A DNA stretch of 64,000 nt. Source: an uncultured Aliarcobacter sp. (GTDB lineage Bacteria > Campylobacterota > Campylobacteria > Campylobacterales > Arcobacteraceae). The position numbers and the translations under genes were made by a program. Positions 50,735 to 61,900 of the stretch are shown here, piece after piece. The stretch covers positions 936,458 through 1,000,457 of the forward strand of contig CAXXLV010000001.1 in assembly GCA_963664305.2 (NCBI GenBank), in the 5' to 3' direction. Each line of letters opens with the position of its first letter. The stretch's first letter is position 1. The notes below the pieces were generated by a model. The model did not search any database. It was not told where the DNA came from and worked only from the letters and a program-made list of their open reading frames with translations.

Positions 50735-52168
50735 ATGAGTAATGATAAAAATCCTTTAAAAAATCAAAAAAAATTAAAAATTATGTCTTTAATAGAAAAG
50801 ATTAAAAAATTATATGGTTTAGAAGATAAAAAAGAAGAAGATTTAGAATTTATATATACATCATATGCAAATTCAAATGAACATCCAAGTAATGTAAGTC
50901 GAGTTATATTCATGCTAATTAGTGGAATATTTGTAATATTTCTTTTATGGGCAAGTTTAGCTGAAATTGATGAATTAGCAAGAGGAAATGGTAAGGTAAT
51001 TCCAACAGATAAAATTCAAACGGTTCAATCTTTAGATGGAGGGATTATTTCTGAAATATTTGTAAAAGAAGGGGATATAGTAAAATTTGATGACCCTTTA
51101 ATGAAAATTGATACTACTAGATTTCAAGCAACATTAGAAGAAAGTCGTCAAGAATATTTATCTTTATTAGCTCTAAAGGCTAGATTAGAAATCGAGTCAA
51201 CTATTGATATAGAAAAAGATTTACCTGATTTGAAATTTGATGAAAAGATTTTGAGCGATTCTTCAAGATACGATATAAATGAAAAAATGTTATTGGAAAA
51301 TAGATTTAGAGAGTTAAAATCTTCAGTTAATGTTTTAAAAAATCAAGAAAATCAAAAAATTCAAGAACTAAAAGAAATTGAAAGTACAATAAAAAAACTA
51401 ACTGATAGTTTAGGTTTTATTGAAGAACAAAGAAAAACTATAAGAAAACTTGTAGAAAGAGGAATTAAATCAAATTACGATTTACTTGATATTGAAAAAG
51501 AGTATAACCAGACAAAGGGTGATTTACAAACTGCAAAACTTTCAATTTCAAGATCAAATTTTGCGATATTAGAAGCTGGTAATAGAATACAAGAAAAATT
51601 AAATACTTTTAGATCTGAAGCATCAACGGAACTGCAAAAAACAGTTAGTCAAATAAATAGATTTGAAGCTAAACTTGTTGGAGATAGAGATAAAGTTGCA
51701 AAAACTACAATTACTTCTCCTGTTGATGGAATTATTAAACAATTAAATTTTAATACAATAGGTGGAGTTGTTCAATCTGGTATGGATTTGATTGAAATAG
51801 TACCTTTAAGTGATGCTCTGGTTGTAGAGGCAAAAATAGATCCTAAAGATATTGCTTTTATAAATCCAAGCCAAAAAGCTATTATAAAAATAACGGCATA
51901 TGATTTTTCTATTTATGGTGGATTAGAAGGTAAAATTGTAGAAATTTCTGCTGATACTATTGTAGATAAAGAGTCAAAAGAAGGAAAAAGTTATTATCGA
52001 GTTTTAGTGAAAACAGATAAAAACTATTTAGAAAGAAAAGGTAAAAAACTCCCAATTATCCCTGGAATGGTAGCAACTGTTGATATTGTTACTGGTAAAA
52101 AAACAATTTTAGATTTCTTATTAAAACCTATACTTAAAGTAAAGCAAGATTCACTTCACGAAAGATAA
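50735..52168 (+). CDS. T1SS membrane-fusion protein (HlyD/LapC-like)
   Basis: G.GKVIP, QSLDGG, SPVDG, PKDIAF, PGM, LLKP. Confidence 0.92.
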   Translation: MSNDKNPLKNQKKLKIMSLIEKIKKLYGLEDKKEEDLEFIYTSYANSNEHPSNVSRVIFMLISGIFVIFLLWASLAEIDELARGNGKVIPTDKIQTVQSLDGGIISEIFVKEGDIVKFDDPLMKIDTTRFQATLEESRQEYLSLLALKARLEIESTIDIEKDLPDLKFDEKILSDSSRYDINEKMLLENRFRELKSSVNVLKNQENQKIQELKEIESTIKKLTDSLGFIEEQRKTIRKLVERGIKSNYDLLDIEKEYNQTKGDLQTAKLSISRSNFAILEAGNRIQEKLNTFRSEASTELQKTVSQINRFEAKLVGDRDKVAKTTITSPVDGIIKQLNFNTIGGVVQSGMDLIEIVPLSDALVVEAKIDPKDIAFINPSQKAIIKITAYDFSIYGGLEGKIVEISADTIVDKESKEGKSYYRVLVKTDKNYLERKGKKLPIIPGMVATVDIVTGKKTILDFLLKPILKVKQDSLHER

Positions 52169-52265
52169 TTTAAAAAGATTATCTTTCTTCAAAAATAATA
52201 ATTAAAAAACTTTTTAGAGACTTTATTTTTGTAATATAATCCAATAAAGTAGTGTTAAATTATTA

Positions 52266-55200
52266 ATGGAGAAAAAAATGAAGTTAACTATAAAATCAGA
52301 GGGTCAAAGTAAGGTTGTAGATTTAGATAAAGATTTACAGTTTAATGTGAGTAAAGGTGAACAGTACATCTTTTCCAATGGTTTTACAAGTTATGTTTTA
52401 AATTTTAAAGATAATCAACAATCTGTTGAATTGACTTTCAAAGTTGATGGTAAAACAATAAAAGTTGATTTAAAGGGAATAGTTCCTCTTTTACAAGAAA
52501 ATATTGATGGAATTGAAAATCCAACTCTAGTAATAATTAATAAAAATGCTAATGAAAAAGATGTTGATAATATAGTTGAAAATGATACATTTAATGGAAG
52601 TGAGATTATTGATAGACTTGAAGCATTAATCTCAAATCCTGTTGATTTAGGTGCAAATGCTAGTGATAAGTTAGCAATCATTTCTGATTTTCAATCATTA
52701 GTTGAAACACTTGATGCAGCTGCCGCTGGTGGAGATCAAGGTAATAACACAACTGCTAATGGTTCTACTTTCAATTCTATTTTTGGAACAATTGAAGATT
52801 CATTAAATGGAATTGCAGATAGTGCAGTTTGGGAAAATTTAACAGAATCAATTTCTACAATACCTGTAGAAACTGGAAATACTGTAGCAACTACAGAAGT
52901 TGTTGATGTAATAACAAATGTAAATGTAAAATTAGTTGGTGTAAATACAGCTGTAACTGAAGGTGAAAGTGCAACATATAAAGTAACATTAACAGATGAT
53001 GCTGGAAATCCAGTAGTTACAACACAAGATATGGTTATTACATTTACATATACTTATATAACAGCTTCAGGAGAAGATATCACAGAAGTTAATAGTGTGA
53101 TAATTCCTGCAGGTCAAAGTGAAATTACATTTCCAATTGCAACAATCGATGATAACTTAATTGAGAATGATGAATCATTTAATATATCAATAGATACAGT
53201 TTCAAATCAAGAACAATTTGATAGTGTAACAATAGATAATACACCAGTAACAACAACAATCACAGATGAAACAGTACCAACAGACCCAGATACACAAACA
53301 GCATATGTAAGTATCGAAGGACCAACATCTGTAGTTGAAGGTAATACAACAACTCCATACACTGTAAGTGTAACTCAAGCTCCAGAATCTGATTTAACAG
53401 TAACATTTACATATAGTGGTAAAGCAATTGATGGAACAGACTTCACAGGAGTAGCAAGTGTAGTAATTCCAAAAGGTGAAACATCAGCAACATTCAATAT
53501 TGCAACAATAGATGATAACATAGCAGAGGGTGCTGAGGACTTTACAGTTACAATTAATACTATCACAAATGGTGGATTAGAAGATGTAAGAGTAGACTCT
53601 ACAAAATCATCAGTAACAACAACAATCACAGATGAAACAGTACCAACAGACCCAGATACACAAACAGCATATGTAAGTATCGAAGGACCAACATCTGTAG
53701 TTGAAGGTAATACAACAACTCCATACACTGTAAGTGTAACTCAAGCTCCAGAATCTGATTTAACAGTAACATTTACATATAGTGGTAAAGCAATTGATGG
53801 AACAGACTTCACAGGAGTAGCAAGTGTAGTAATTCCAAAAGGTGAAACATCAGCAACATTCAATATTGCAACAATAGATGATAACATAGCAGAGGGTGCT
53901 GAGGACTTTACAGTTACAATTAATACTATCACAAATGGTGGATTAGAAGATGTAAGAGTAGACTCTACAAAATCATCAGTAACAACAACAATCACAGATG
54001 AAACAGTACCAACAGACCCAGATACACAAACAGCATATGTAAGTATCGAAGGACCAACATCTGTAGTTGAAGGTAATACAACAACTCCATACACTGTAAG
54101 TGTAACTCAAGCTCCAGAATCTGATTTAACAGTAACATTTACATATAGTGGTAAAGCAATTGATGGAACAGACTTCACAGGAGTAGCAAGTGTAGTAATT
54201 CCAAAAGGTGAAACATCAGCAACATTCAATATTGCAACAATAGATGATAACATAGCAGAGGGTGCTGAGGACTTTACAGTTACAATTAATACTATCACAA
54301 ATGGTGGATTAGAAGATGTAAGAGTAGACTCTACAAAATCATCAGTAACAACAACAATCACAGATGAAACAGTACCAACAGACCCAGATACACAAACAGC
54401 ATATGTAAGTATCGAAGGACCAACATCTGTAGTTGAAGGTAATACAACAACTCCATACACTGTAAGTGTAACTCAAGCTCCAGAATCTGATTTAACAGTA
54501 ACATTTACATATAGTGGTAAAGCAATTGATGGAACAGACTTCACAGGAGTAGCAAGTGTAGTAATTCCAAAAGGTGAAACATCAGCAACATTCAATATTG
54601 CAACAATAGATGATAACATAGCAGAGGGTGCTGAGGACTTTACAGTTACAATTAATACTATCACAAATGGTGGATTAGAAGATGTAAGAGTAGACTCTAC
54701 AAAATCATCAGTAACAACAACAATCACAGATGAAACAGTACCAACAGACCCAGATACACAAACAGCATATGTAAGTATCGAAGGACCAACATCTGTAGTT
54801 GAAGGTAATACAACAACTCCATACACTGTAAGTGTAACTCAAGCTCCAGAATCTGATTTAACAGTAACATTTACATATAGTGGTAAAGCAATTGATGGAA
54901 CAGACTTCACAGGAGTAGCAAGTGTAGTAATTCCAAAAGGTGAAACATCAGCAACATTCAATATTGCAACAATAGATGATAACATAGCAGAGGGTGCTGA
55001 GGACTTTACAGTTACAATTAATACTATCACAAATGGTGGATTAGAAGATGTAAGAGTAGACTCTACAAAATCATCAGTAACAACAACAATCACAGATGAA
55101 ACAGTACCAACAGACCCAGATACACAAACAGCATATGTAAGTATCGAAGGACCAACATCTGTAGTTGAAGGTAATACAACAACTCCATACACTGTAAGTG

Positions 55201-58200
55201 TAACTCAAGCTCCAGAATCTGATTTAACAGTAACATTTACATATAGTGGTAAAGCAATTGATGGAACAGACTTCACAGGAGTAGCAAGTGTAGTAATTCC
55301 AAAAGGTGAAACATCAGCAACATTCAATATTGCAACAATAGATGATAACATAGCAGAGGGTGCTGAGGACTTTACAGTTACAATTAATACTATCACAAAT
55401 GGTGGATTAGAAGATGTAAGAGTAGACTCTACAAAATCATCAGTAACAACAACAATCACAGATGAAACAGTACCAACAGACCCAGATACACAAACAGCAT
55501 ATGTAAGTATCGAAGGACCAACATCTGTAGTTGAAGGTAATACAACAACTCCATACACTGTAAGTGTAACTCAAGCTCCAGAATCTGATTTAACAGTAAC
55601 ATTTACATATAGTGGTAAAGCAATTGATGGAACAGACTTCACAGGAGTAGCAAGTGTAGTAATTCCAAAAGGTGAAACATCAGCAACATTCAATATTGCA
55701 ACAATAGATGATAACATAGCAGAGGGTGCTGAGGACTTTACAGTTACAATTAATACTATCACAAATGGTGGATTAGAAGATGTAAGAGTAGACTCTACAA
55801 AATCATCAGTAACAACAACAATCACAGATGAAACAGTACCAACAGACCCAGATACACAAACAGCATATGTAAGTATCGAAGGACCAACATCTGTAGTTGA
55901 AGGTAATACAACAACTCCATACACTGTAAGTGTAACTCAAGCTCCAGAATCTGATTTAACAGTAACATTTACATATAGTGGTAAAGCAATTGATGGAACA
56001 GACTTCACAGGAGTAGCAAGTGTAGTAATTCCAAAAGGTGAAACATCAGCAACATTCAATATTGCAACAATAGATGATAACATAGCAGAGGGTGCTGAGG
56101 ACTTTACAGTTACAATTAATACTATCACAAATGGTGGATTAGAAGATGTAAGAGTAGACTCTACAAAATCATCAGTAACAACAACAATCACAGATGAAAC
56201 AGTACCAACAGACCCAGATACACAAACAGCATATGTAAGTATCGAAGGACCAACATCTGTAGTTGAAGGTAATACAACAACTCCATACACTGTAAGTGTA
56301 ACTCAAGCTCCAGAATCTGATTTAACAGTAACATTTACATATAGTGGTAAAGCAATTGATGGAACAGACTTCACAGGAGTAGCAAGTGTAGTAATTCCAA
56401 AAGGTGAAACATCAGCAACATTCAATATTGCAACAATAGATGATAACATAGCAGAGGGTGCTGAGGACTTTACAGTTACAATTAATACTATCACAAATGG
56501 TGGATTAGAAGATGTAAGAGTAGACTCTACAAAATCATCAGTAACAACAACAATCACAGATGAAACAGTACCAACAGACCCAGATACACAAACAGCATAT
56601 GTAAGTATCGAAGGACCAACATCTGTAGTTGAAGGTAATACAACAACTCCATACACTGTAAGTGTAACTCAAGCTCCAGAATCTGATTTAACAGTAACAT
56701 TTACATATAGTGGTAAAGCAATTGATGGAACAGACTTCACAGGAGTAGCAAGTGTAGTAATTCCAAAAGGTGAAACATCAGCAACATTCAATATTGCAAC
56801 AATAGATGATAACATAGCAGAGGGTGCTGAGGACTTTACAGTTACAATTAATACTATCACAAATGGTGGATTAGAAGATGTAAGAGTAGACTCTACAAAA
56901 TCATCAGTAACAACAACAATCACAGATGAAACAGTACCAACAGACCCAGATACACAAACAGCATATGTAAGTATCGAAGGACCAACATCTGTAGTTGAAG
57001 GTAATACAACAACTCCATACACTGTAAGTGTAACTCAAGCTCCAGAATCTGATTTAACAGTAACATTTACATATAGTGGTAAAGCAATTGATGGAACAGA
57101 CTTCACAGGAGTAGCAAGTGTAGTAATTCCAAAAGGTGAAACATCAGCAACATTCAATATTGCAACAATAGATGATAACATAGCAGAGGGTGCTGAGGAC
57201 TTTACAGTTACAATTAATACTATCACAAATGGTGGATTAGAAGATGTAAGAGTAGACTCTACAAAATCATCAGTAACAACAACAATCACAGATGAAACAG
57301 TACCAACAGACCCAGATACACAAACAGCATATGTAAGTATCGAAGGACCAACATCTGTAGTTGAAGGTAATACAACAACTCCATACACTGTAAGTGTAAC
57401 TCAAGCTCCAGAATCTGATTTAACAGTAACATTTACATATAGTGGTAAAGCAATTGATGGAACAGACTTCACAGGAGTAGCAAGTGTAGTAATTCCAAAA
57501 GGTGAAACATCAGCAACATTCAATATTGCAACAATAGATGATAACATAGCAGAGGGTGCTGAGGACTTTACAGTTACAATTAATACTATCACAAATGGTG
57601 GATTAGAAGATGTAAGAGTAGACTCTACAAAATCATCAGTAACAACAACAATCACAGATGAAACAGTACCAACAGACCCAGATACACAAACAGCATATGT
57701 AAGTATCGAAGGACCAACATCTGTAGTTGAAGGTAATACAACAACTCCATACACTGTAAGTGTAACTCAAGCTCCAGAATCTGATTTAACAGTAACATTT
57801 ACATATAGTGGTAAAGCAATTGATGGAACAGACTTCACAGGAGTAGCAAGTGTAGTAATTCCAAAAGGTGAAACATCAGCAACATTCAATATTGCAACAA
57901 TAGATGATAACATAGCAGAGGGTGCTGAGGACTTTACAGTTACAATTAATACTATCACAAATGGTGGATTAGAAGATGTAAGAGTAGACTCTACAAAATC
58001 ATCAGTAACAACAACAATCACAGATGAAACAGTACCAACAGACCCAGATACACAAACAGCATATGTAAGTATCGAAGGACCAACATCTGTAGTTGAAGGT
58101 AATACAACAACTCCATACACTGTAAGTGTAACTCAAGCTCCAGAATCTGATTTAACAGTAACATTTACATATAGTGGTAAAGCAATTGATGGAACAGACT

Positions 58201-58919
58201 TCACAGGAGTAGCAAGTGTAGTAATTCCAAAAGGTGAAACATCAGCAACATTCAATATTGCAACAATAGATGATAACATAGCAGAGGGTGCTGAGGACTT
58301 TACAGTTACAATTAATACTATCACAAATGGTGGATTAGAAGATGTAAGAGTAGACTCTACAAAATCATCAGTAACAACAACAATCACAGATGAAACAGTA
58401 CCAACAGACCCAGATACACAAACAGCATATGTAAGTATCGAAGGACCAACATCTGTAGTTGAAGGTAATACAACAACTCCATACACTGTAAGTGTAACTC
58501 AAGCTCCAGAATCTGATTTAACAGTAACATTTACATATAGTGGTAAAGCAATTGTTACACTTACAGTGTATGGAGTTGTTGTATTACCTTCAACTACAGA
58601 TGTTGGTCCTTCGATACTTACATATGCTGTTTGTGTATCTGGGTCTGTTGGTACTGTTTCATCTGTGATTGTTGTTGTTACTGATGATTTTGTAGAGTCT
58701 ACTCTTACATCTTCTAATCCACCATTTGTGATAGTATTAATTGTAACTGTAAAGTCCTCAGCACCCTCTGCTATGTTATCATCTATTGTTGCAATATTGA
58801 ATGTTGCTGATGTTTCACCTTTTGGAATTACTACACTTGCTACTCCTGTGAAGTCTGTTCCATCAATTGCTTTACCACTATATGTAAATGTTACTGTTAA
58901 ATCAGATTCTGGAGCTTGA
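52266..58919 (+). CDS. Giant repetitive T1SS adhesin (LapA-like, Calx-beta/Ig-like repeats), interrupted at 58554
   Basis: Follows the T1SS genes; N-terminal region with LDAAAAG; 122-aa repeats (V.EG, TIDD...EG.E.F.V.I). The last 121 aa are read from the antisense of the repeat. Real start is probably ATG 52278, after GGAG. Confidence 0.85.
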   Translation: MEKKMKLTIKSEGQSKVVDLDKDLQFNVSKGEQYIFSNGFTSYVLNFKDNQQSVELTFKVDGKTIKVDLKGIVPLLQENIDGIENPTLVIINKNANEKDVDNIVENDTFNGSEIIDRLEALISNPVDLGANASDKLAIISDFQSLVETLDAAAAGGDQGNNTTANGSTFNSIFGTIEDSLNGIADSAVWENLTESISTIPVETGNTVATTEVVDVITNVNVKLVGVNTAVTEGESATYKVTLTDDAGNPVVTTQDMVITFTYTYITASGEDITEVNSVIIPAGQSEITFPIATIDDNLIENDESFNISIDTVSNQEQFDSVTIDNTPVTTTITDETVPTDPDTQTAYVSIEGPTSVVEGNTTTPYTVSVTQAPESDLTVTFTYSGKAIDGTDFTGVASVVIPKGETSATFNIATIDDNIAEGAEDFTVTINTITNGGLEDVRVDSTKSSVTTTITDETVPTDPDTQTAYVSIEGPTSVVEGNTTTPYTVSVTQAPESDLTVTFTYSGKAIDGTDFTGVASVVIPKGETSATFNIATIDDNIAEGAEDFTVTINTITNGGLEDVRVDSTKSSVTTTITDETVPTDPDTQTAYVSIEGPTSVVEGNTTTPYTVSVTQAPESDLTVTFTYSGKAIDGTDFTGVASVVIPKGETSATFNIATIDDNIAEGAEDFTVTINTITNGGLEDVRVDSTKSSVTTTITDETVPTDPDTQTAYVSIEGPTSVVEGNTTTPYTVSVTQAPESDLTVTFTYSGKAIDGTDFTGVASVVIPKGETSATFNIATIDDNIAEGAEDFTVTINTITNGGLEDVRVDSTKSSVTTTITDETVPTDPDTQTAYVSIEGPTSVVEGNTTTPYTVSVTQAPESDLTVTFTYSGKAIDGTDFTGVASVVIPKGETSATFNIATIDDNIAEGAEDFTVTINTITNGGLEDVRVDSTKSSVTTTITDETVPTDPDTQTAYVSIEGPTSVVEGNTTTPYTVSVTQAPESDLTVTFTYSGKAIDGTDFTGVASVVIPKGETSATFNIATIDDNIAEGAEDFTVTINTITNGGLEDVRVDSTKSSVTTTITDETVPTDPDTQTAYVSIEGPTSVVEGNTTTPYTVSVTQAPESDLTVTFTYSGKAIDGTDFTGVASVVIPKGETSATFNIATIDDNIAEGAEDFTVTINTITNGGLEDVRVDSTKSSVTTTITDETVPTDPDTQTAYVSIEGPTSVVEGNTTTPYTVSVTQAPESDLTVTFTYSGKAIDGTDFTGVASVVIPKGETSATFNIATIDDNIAEGAEDFTVTINTITNGGLEDVRVDSTKSSVTTTITDETVPTDPDTQTAYVSIEGPTSVVEGNTTTPYTVSVTQAPESDLTVTFTYSGKAIDGTDFTGVASVVIPKGETSATFNIATIDDNIAEGAEDFTVTINTITNGGLEDVRVDSTKSSVTTTITDETVPTDPDTQTAYVSIEGPTSVVEGNTTTPYTVSVTQAPESDLTVTFTYSGKAIDGTDFTGVASVVIPKGETSATFNIATIDDNIAEGAEDFTVTINTITNGGLEDVRVDSTKSSVTTTITDETVPTDPDTQTAYVSIEGPTSVVEGNTTTPYTVSVTQAPESDLTVTFTYSGKAIDGTDFTGVASVVIPKGETSATFNIATIDDNIAEGAEDFTVTINTITNGGLEDVRVDSTKSSVTTTITDETVPTDPDTQTAYVSIEGPTSVVEGNTTTPYTVSVTQAPESDLTVTFTYSGKAIDGTDFTGVASVVIPKGETSATFNIATIDDNIAEGAEDFTVTINTITNGGLEDVRVDSTKSSVTTTITDETVPTDPDTQTAYVSIEGPTSVVEGNTTTPYTVSVTQAPESDLTVTFTYSGKAIDGTDFTGVASVVIPKGETSATFNIATIDDNIAEGAEDFTVTINTITNGGLEDVRVDSTKSSVTTTITDETVPTDPDTQTAYVSIEGPTSVVEGNTTTPYTVSVTQAPESDLTVTFTYSGKAIDGTDFTGVASVVIPKGETSATFNIATIDDNIAEGAEDFTVTINTITNGGLEDVRVDSTKSSVTTTITDETVPTDPDTQTAYVSIEGPTSVVEGNTTTPYTVSVTQAPESDLTVTFTYSGKAIVTLTVYGVVVLPSTTDVGPSILTYAVCVSGSVGTVSSVIVVVTDDFVESTLTSSNPPFVIVLIVTVKSSAPSAMLSSIVAILNVADVSPFGITTLATPVKSVPSIALPLYVNVTVKSDSGA
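53245..58554 (+). repeat. Tandem array of a 366-bp unit, about 14.5 copies
   Basis: Period of 366 from the ORF spacing and from direct comparison (53245 vs 53611); translations identical. Confidence 0.97.
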
Positions 58920-61900
58920 GTTACACTTACAGTGTATGGAGTTGTTGTATTACCTTCAACTACAGATGTTGGTCCTTCGATACTTACATATGCTGTTTGT
59001 GTATCTGGGTCTGTTGGTACTGTTTCATCTGTGATTGTTGTTGTTACTGATGATTTTGTAGAGTCTACTCTTACATCTTCTAATCCACCATTTGTGATAG
59101 TATTAATTGTAACTGTAAAGTCCTCAGCACCCTCTGCTATGTTATCATCTATTGTTGCAATATTGAATGTTGCTGATGTTTCACCTTTTGGAATTACTAC
59201 ACTTGCTACTCCTGTGAAGTCTGTTCCATCAATTGCTTTACCACTATATGTAAATGTTACTGTTAAATCAGATTCTGGAGCTTGAGTTACACTTACAGTG
59301 TATGGAGTTGTTGTATTACCTTCAACTACAGATGTTGGTCCTTCGATACTTACATATGCTGTTTGTGTATCTGGGTCTGTTGGTACTGTTTCATCTGTGA
59401 TTGTTGTTGTTACTGATGATTTTGTAGAGTCTACTCTTACATCTTCTAATCCACCATTTGTGATAGTATTAATTGTAACTGTAAAGTCCTCAGCACCCTC
59501 TGCTATGTTATCATCTATTGTTGCAATATTGAATGTTGCTGATGTTTCACCTTTTGGAATTACTACACTTGCTACTCCTGTGAAGTCTGTTCCATCAATT
59601 GCTTTACCACTATATGTAAATGTTACTGTTAAATCAGATTCTGGAGCTTGAGTTACACTTACAGTGTATGGAGTTGTTGTATTACCTTCAACTACAGATG
59701 TTGGTCCTTCGATACTTACATATGCTGTTTGTGTATCTGGGTCTGTTGGTACTGTTTCATCTGTGATTGTTGTTGTTACTGATGATTTTGTAGAGTCTAC
59801 TCTTACATCTTCTAATCCACCATTTGTGATAGTATTAATTGTAACTGTAAAGTCCTCAGCACCCTCTGCTATGTTATCATCTATTGTTGCAATATTGAAT
59901 GTTGCTGATGTTTCACCTTTTGGAATTACTACACTTGCTACTCCTGTGAAGTCTGTTCCATCAATTGCTTTACCACTATATGTAAATGTTACTGTTAAAT
60001 CAGATTCTGGAGCTTGAGTTACACTTACAGTGTATGGAGTTGTTGTATTACCTTCAACTACAGATGTTGGTCCTTCGATACTTACATATGCTGTTTGTGT
60101 ATCTGGGTCTGTTGGTACTGTTTCATCTGTGATTGTTGTTGTTACTGATGATTTTGTAGAGTCTACTCTTACATCTTCTAATCCACCATTTGTGATAGTA
60201 TTAATTGTAACTGTAAAGTCCTCAGCACCCTCTGCTATGTTATCATCTATTGTTGCAATATTGAATGTTGCTGATGTTTCACCTTTTGGAATTACTACAC
60301 TTGCTACTCCTGTGAAGTCTGTTCCATCAATTGCTTTACCACTATATGTAAATGTTACTGTTAAATCAGATTCTGGAGCTTGAGTTACACTTACAGTGTA
60401 TGGAGTTGTTGTATTACCTTCAACTACAGATGTTGGTCCTTCGATACTTACATATGCTGTTTGTGTATCTGGGTCTGTTGGTACTGTTTCATCTGTGATT
60501 GTTGTTGTTACTGATGATTTTGTAGAGTCTACTCTTACATCTTCTAATCCACCATTTGTGATAGTATTAATTGTAACTGTAAAGTCCTCAGCACCCTCTG
60601 CTATGTTATCATCTATTGTTGCAATATTGAATGTTGCTGATGTTTCACCTTTTGGAATTACTACACTTGCTACTCCTGTGAAGTCTGTTCCATCAATTGC
60701 TTTACCACTATATGTAAATGTTACTGTTAAATCAGATTCTGGAGCTTGAGTTACACTTACAGTGTATGGAGTTGTTGTATTACCTTCAACTACAGATGTT
60801 GGTCCTTCGATACTTACATATGCTGTTTGTGTATCTGGGTCTGTTGGTACTGTTTCATCTGTGATTGTTGTTGTTACTGATGATTTTGTAGAGTCTACTC
60901 TTACATCTTCTAATCCACCATTTGTGATAGTATTAATTGTAACTGTAAAGTCCTCAGCACCCTCTGCTATGTTATCATCTATTGTTGCAATATTGAATGT
61001 TGCTGATGTTTCACCTTTTGGAATTACTACACTTGCTACTCCTGTGAAGTCTGTTCCATCAATTGCTTTACCACTATATGTAAATGTTACTGTTAAATCA
61101 GATTCTGGAGCTTGAGTTACACTTACAGTGTATGGAGTTGTTGTATTACCTTCAACTACAGATGTTGGTCCTTCGATACTTACATATGCTGTTTGTGTAT
61201 CTGGGTCTGTTGGTACTGTTTCATCTGTGATTGTTGTTGTTACTGATGATTTTGTAGAGTCTACTCTTACATCTTCTAATCCACCATTTGTGATAGTATT
61301 AATTGTAACTGTAAAGTCCTCAGCACCCTCTGCTATGTTATCATCTATTGTTGCAATATTGAATGTTGCTGATGTTTCACCTTTTGGAATTACTACACTT
61401 GCTACTCCTGTGAAGTCTGTTCCATCAATTGCTTTACCACTATATGTAAATGTTACTGTTAAATCAGATTCTGGAGCTTGAGTTACACTTACAGTGTATG
61501 GAGTTGTTGTATTACCTTCAACTACAGATGTTGGTCCTTCGATACTTACATATGCTGTTTGTGTATCTGGGTCTGTTGGTACTGTTTCATCTGTGATTGT
61601 TGTTGTTACTGATGATTTTGTAGAGTCTACTCTTACATCTTCTAATCCACCATTTGTGATAGTATTAATTGTAACTGTAAAGTCCTCAGCACCCTCTGCT
61701 ATGTTATCATCTATTGTTGCAATATTGAATGTTGCTGATGTTTCACCTTTTGGAATTACTACACTTGCTACTCCTGTGAAGTCTGTTCCATCAATTGCTT
61801 TACCACTATATGTAAATGTTACTGTTAAATCAGATTCTGGAGCTTGAGTTACACTTACAGTGTATGGAGTTGTTGTATTACCTTCAACTACAGATGTTGG

